Positions 63,701 to 64,000 of a DNA stretch of 64,000 nt are shown one piece after another. The position numbers and the translations under genes are program-made. Position 1 is the first letter of the stretch, and each line of letters begins with the position of its first letter. The DNA comes from Gammaproteobacteria bacterium (GTDB lineage: Bacteria > Pseudomonadota > Gammaproteobacteria > SZUA-140), in contig JADJQS010000006.1 in the NCBI GenBank assembly GCA_016712635.1, forward strand, positions 511,216 through 575,215, given 5' to 3'. The notes beneath the pieces are model-generated. The model was given only the letters and a program-made list of their open reading frames with translations, was not told the DNA's origin and searched no databases.

Positions 63701-63923
63701 CCTCTAATTGTTTTGTATCTTCTGAAAACAGGCCGAACTCGCTTTCCCGGGCAAGATGGCGCACGAGCACTTCGCCGCGCTCACGGAGCGTCGATTCACT
63801 GTCCTGGATGCGCGCCCTCGCCAGGTAGGAACCGAGGATGAGGCTGATGATCAGCAGCGGAACAAGGGTCAGCAGAAGCATCCGCGTTTTGATGCTTATG
63901 TTGCTCAATTCTGCGCCCTCCAT
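60777..63923 (-). CDS. Unorthodox hybrid sensor histidine kinase: TM sensor, HAMP, PAS, HisKA, HATPase_c, two receiver domains and a C-terminal Hpt.
   Basis: SHEIRTPLSSIIGY H-box, GTGLGLSIV G2 box, receiver LAILDIHLPGMDG with Asp, Hpt motif HEMKGVVCYFG. Confidence 0.8.
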   Translation of the reverse strand: MEGAELSNISIKTRMLLLTLVPLLIISLILGSYLARARIQDSESTLRERGEVLVRHLARESEFGLFSEDTKQLEELTGIAAREDDVYDVSVLNADREILTYAGAADPDRFFLKESQKDHLLLRFVAPVYRSGVAISDNAEQYREDTDSALARDRIIGWVELRLSRAETLARQREIVQNIILLTLGSSLLCALLAFWMGKGIVLPIMQLSRAVDSIRKGGLDTRVKCASGGEIGALENGFNDMAAAMERSQIHLQEEIRNATNKLSLLLESLPVAVFHAELSGHHRIFFMTQSVKQITGFDAPEFTNDASLWIDRIHPDDRDQVLSGLAEIQSSGQHEFEYRWEMKDAGYHWFYCYVRSNEAPSPHLIGLLQDITEFKKLSQQLKNTITSLREKNHELDQSRKEALDAGRNKAVFLANMSHEIRTPLSSIIGYTSKMESILGAGVDGDAIRECTRIISHASEQLKRIIDDILSFSKLESGTVQLEQVPFDLRADFEDVIRMMSSESGDKRIELSLLIDSDVPTKLIGDPNRINQVLFNLLSNAIKFTDSGYVDVHVSTKDDQGDYAVIELCVSDTGIGMSQDAVKNIFNAFHQGDASIARRYGGTGLGLSIVSRVVELWGGKLAVESAPGKGSRFCFTLNCRKQELMDDFPVDDRIRGRKVLVYDDHQPALKATRGLLLGWSMNIYLARSRCQMKTMIDEANAAGEPYDLIVIGAGILGGAPGAIGLNILLGIIRDNYDIPLLLQVNRQDMKNLDAPHGSAMTVMEKPVCRDALYYNVCRLLDVEVARPIPPALSGPDDNRCYEGVRVLLAEDNEFNSALITAVLETRGLVVSQVDDGMMALERAREGYYDLAILDIHLPGMDGSETARRIRAVKPEYRSMPIIALTADIFFDTPDNLASCGIDACLLKPLNEDKLWRLISSLRTAQAVPPDTSGDGAQPVVRYRPQVLDNTKMLPALAASLVEMSERLDFALRNGLSEELHSIIHEMKGVVCYFGLSELSRTVLEAEKLLADGVEYERAATCLRKLMKQAGDFAAAYGNREREFDVSQ

Positions 63924-64000
63924 GTTTCCGCCTGCTCCAGCTGAATGAGCGACTGGGCCAGATGCTGGCCGGGATGCAATGTCAGCTTGAGCGATCTCGC

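Overview
This 64-kb window comes from a high-GC chromosome (about 65% GC by eye). Its gene order matches the Pseudomonas-type gammaproteobacterial layout (rne-rluC-HAD-sppA-maf-yceD-rpmF-plsX-fabHDG-acpP-fabF-pabC-mltG-tmk-holB-pilZ-tatD), though I cannot name the genus.

Left third (1-11.5 kb): an aromatic amino-acid supraoperon (3' end of serA, pheA, DAHP synthase, tyrA, aroA) followed by cmk, rpsA, ihfB, lapA/lapB, pyrF and a comEA-like gene.

Middle (11.6-39.6 kb): a surface-polysaccharide region. It holds wzz, the GDP-fucose genes manC-gmd-fcl, the heptose genes gmhB/gmhA, cysC, and an SLC13 permease. These are followed by an AT-rich (about 40% GC) island of roughly 14.5 kb (21.1-35.5 kb). 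The island carries GT4 glycosyltransferases, methyltransferases, a carbohydrate sulfotransferase, a NodB-type deacetylase, wzx and a wzy-like gene, and ends with wbpV-like/wbpL/wbpM/galU. One methyltransferase and three GT4 genes in the island are interrupted by frameshifts.

Right third (39.6-64 kb): rne with a long 5' leader, the conserved block listed above (with pabB added upstream of pabC), a class-V aminotransferase and a large hybrid histidine kinase.

The most unusual content is a dense set of small structured repeats. (i) A family built from the heptamer GTGAGGC (left arm) and its complement GCCTCAC (right arm) around variable loops, with at least 13 copies in the window. Copies begin exactly at stop codons and often supply them. 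Three copies sit in-frame inside manC and fcl and encode LTPH-type peptide insertions. One copy carries a low-GC four-helix-bundle (Avd / 23S-IVS-protein-like) gene as cargo between gmd and fcl. Two roughly 200-bp copies with 12-15-unit pure heptamer microsatellites bracket sppA. (ii) A GGGGAC(A/G)GAT...ATC(T/C)GTCCCC hairpin family that also enters coding sequence (PheA C-terminus, internal AroA). (iii) A double CCCGC-hairpin inverted element with two copies, one nested inside a heptamer element.

All coordinates for non-ORF features were read by eye and may be off by 1-3 nt.
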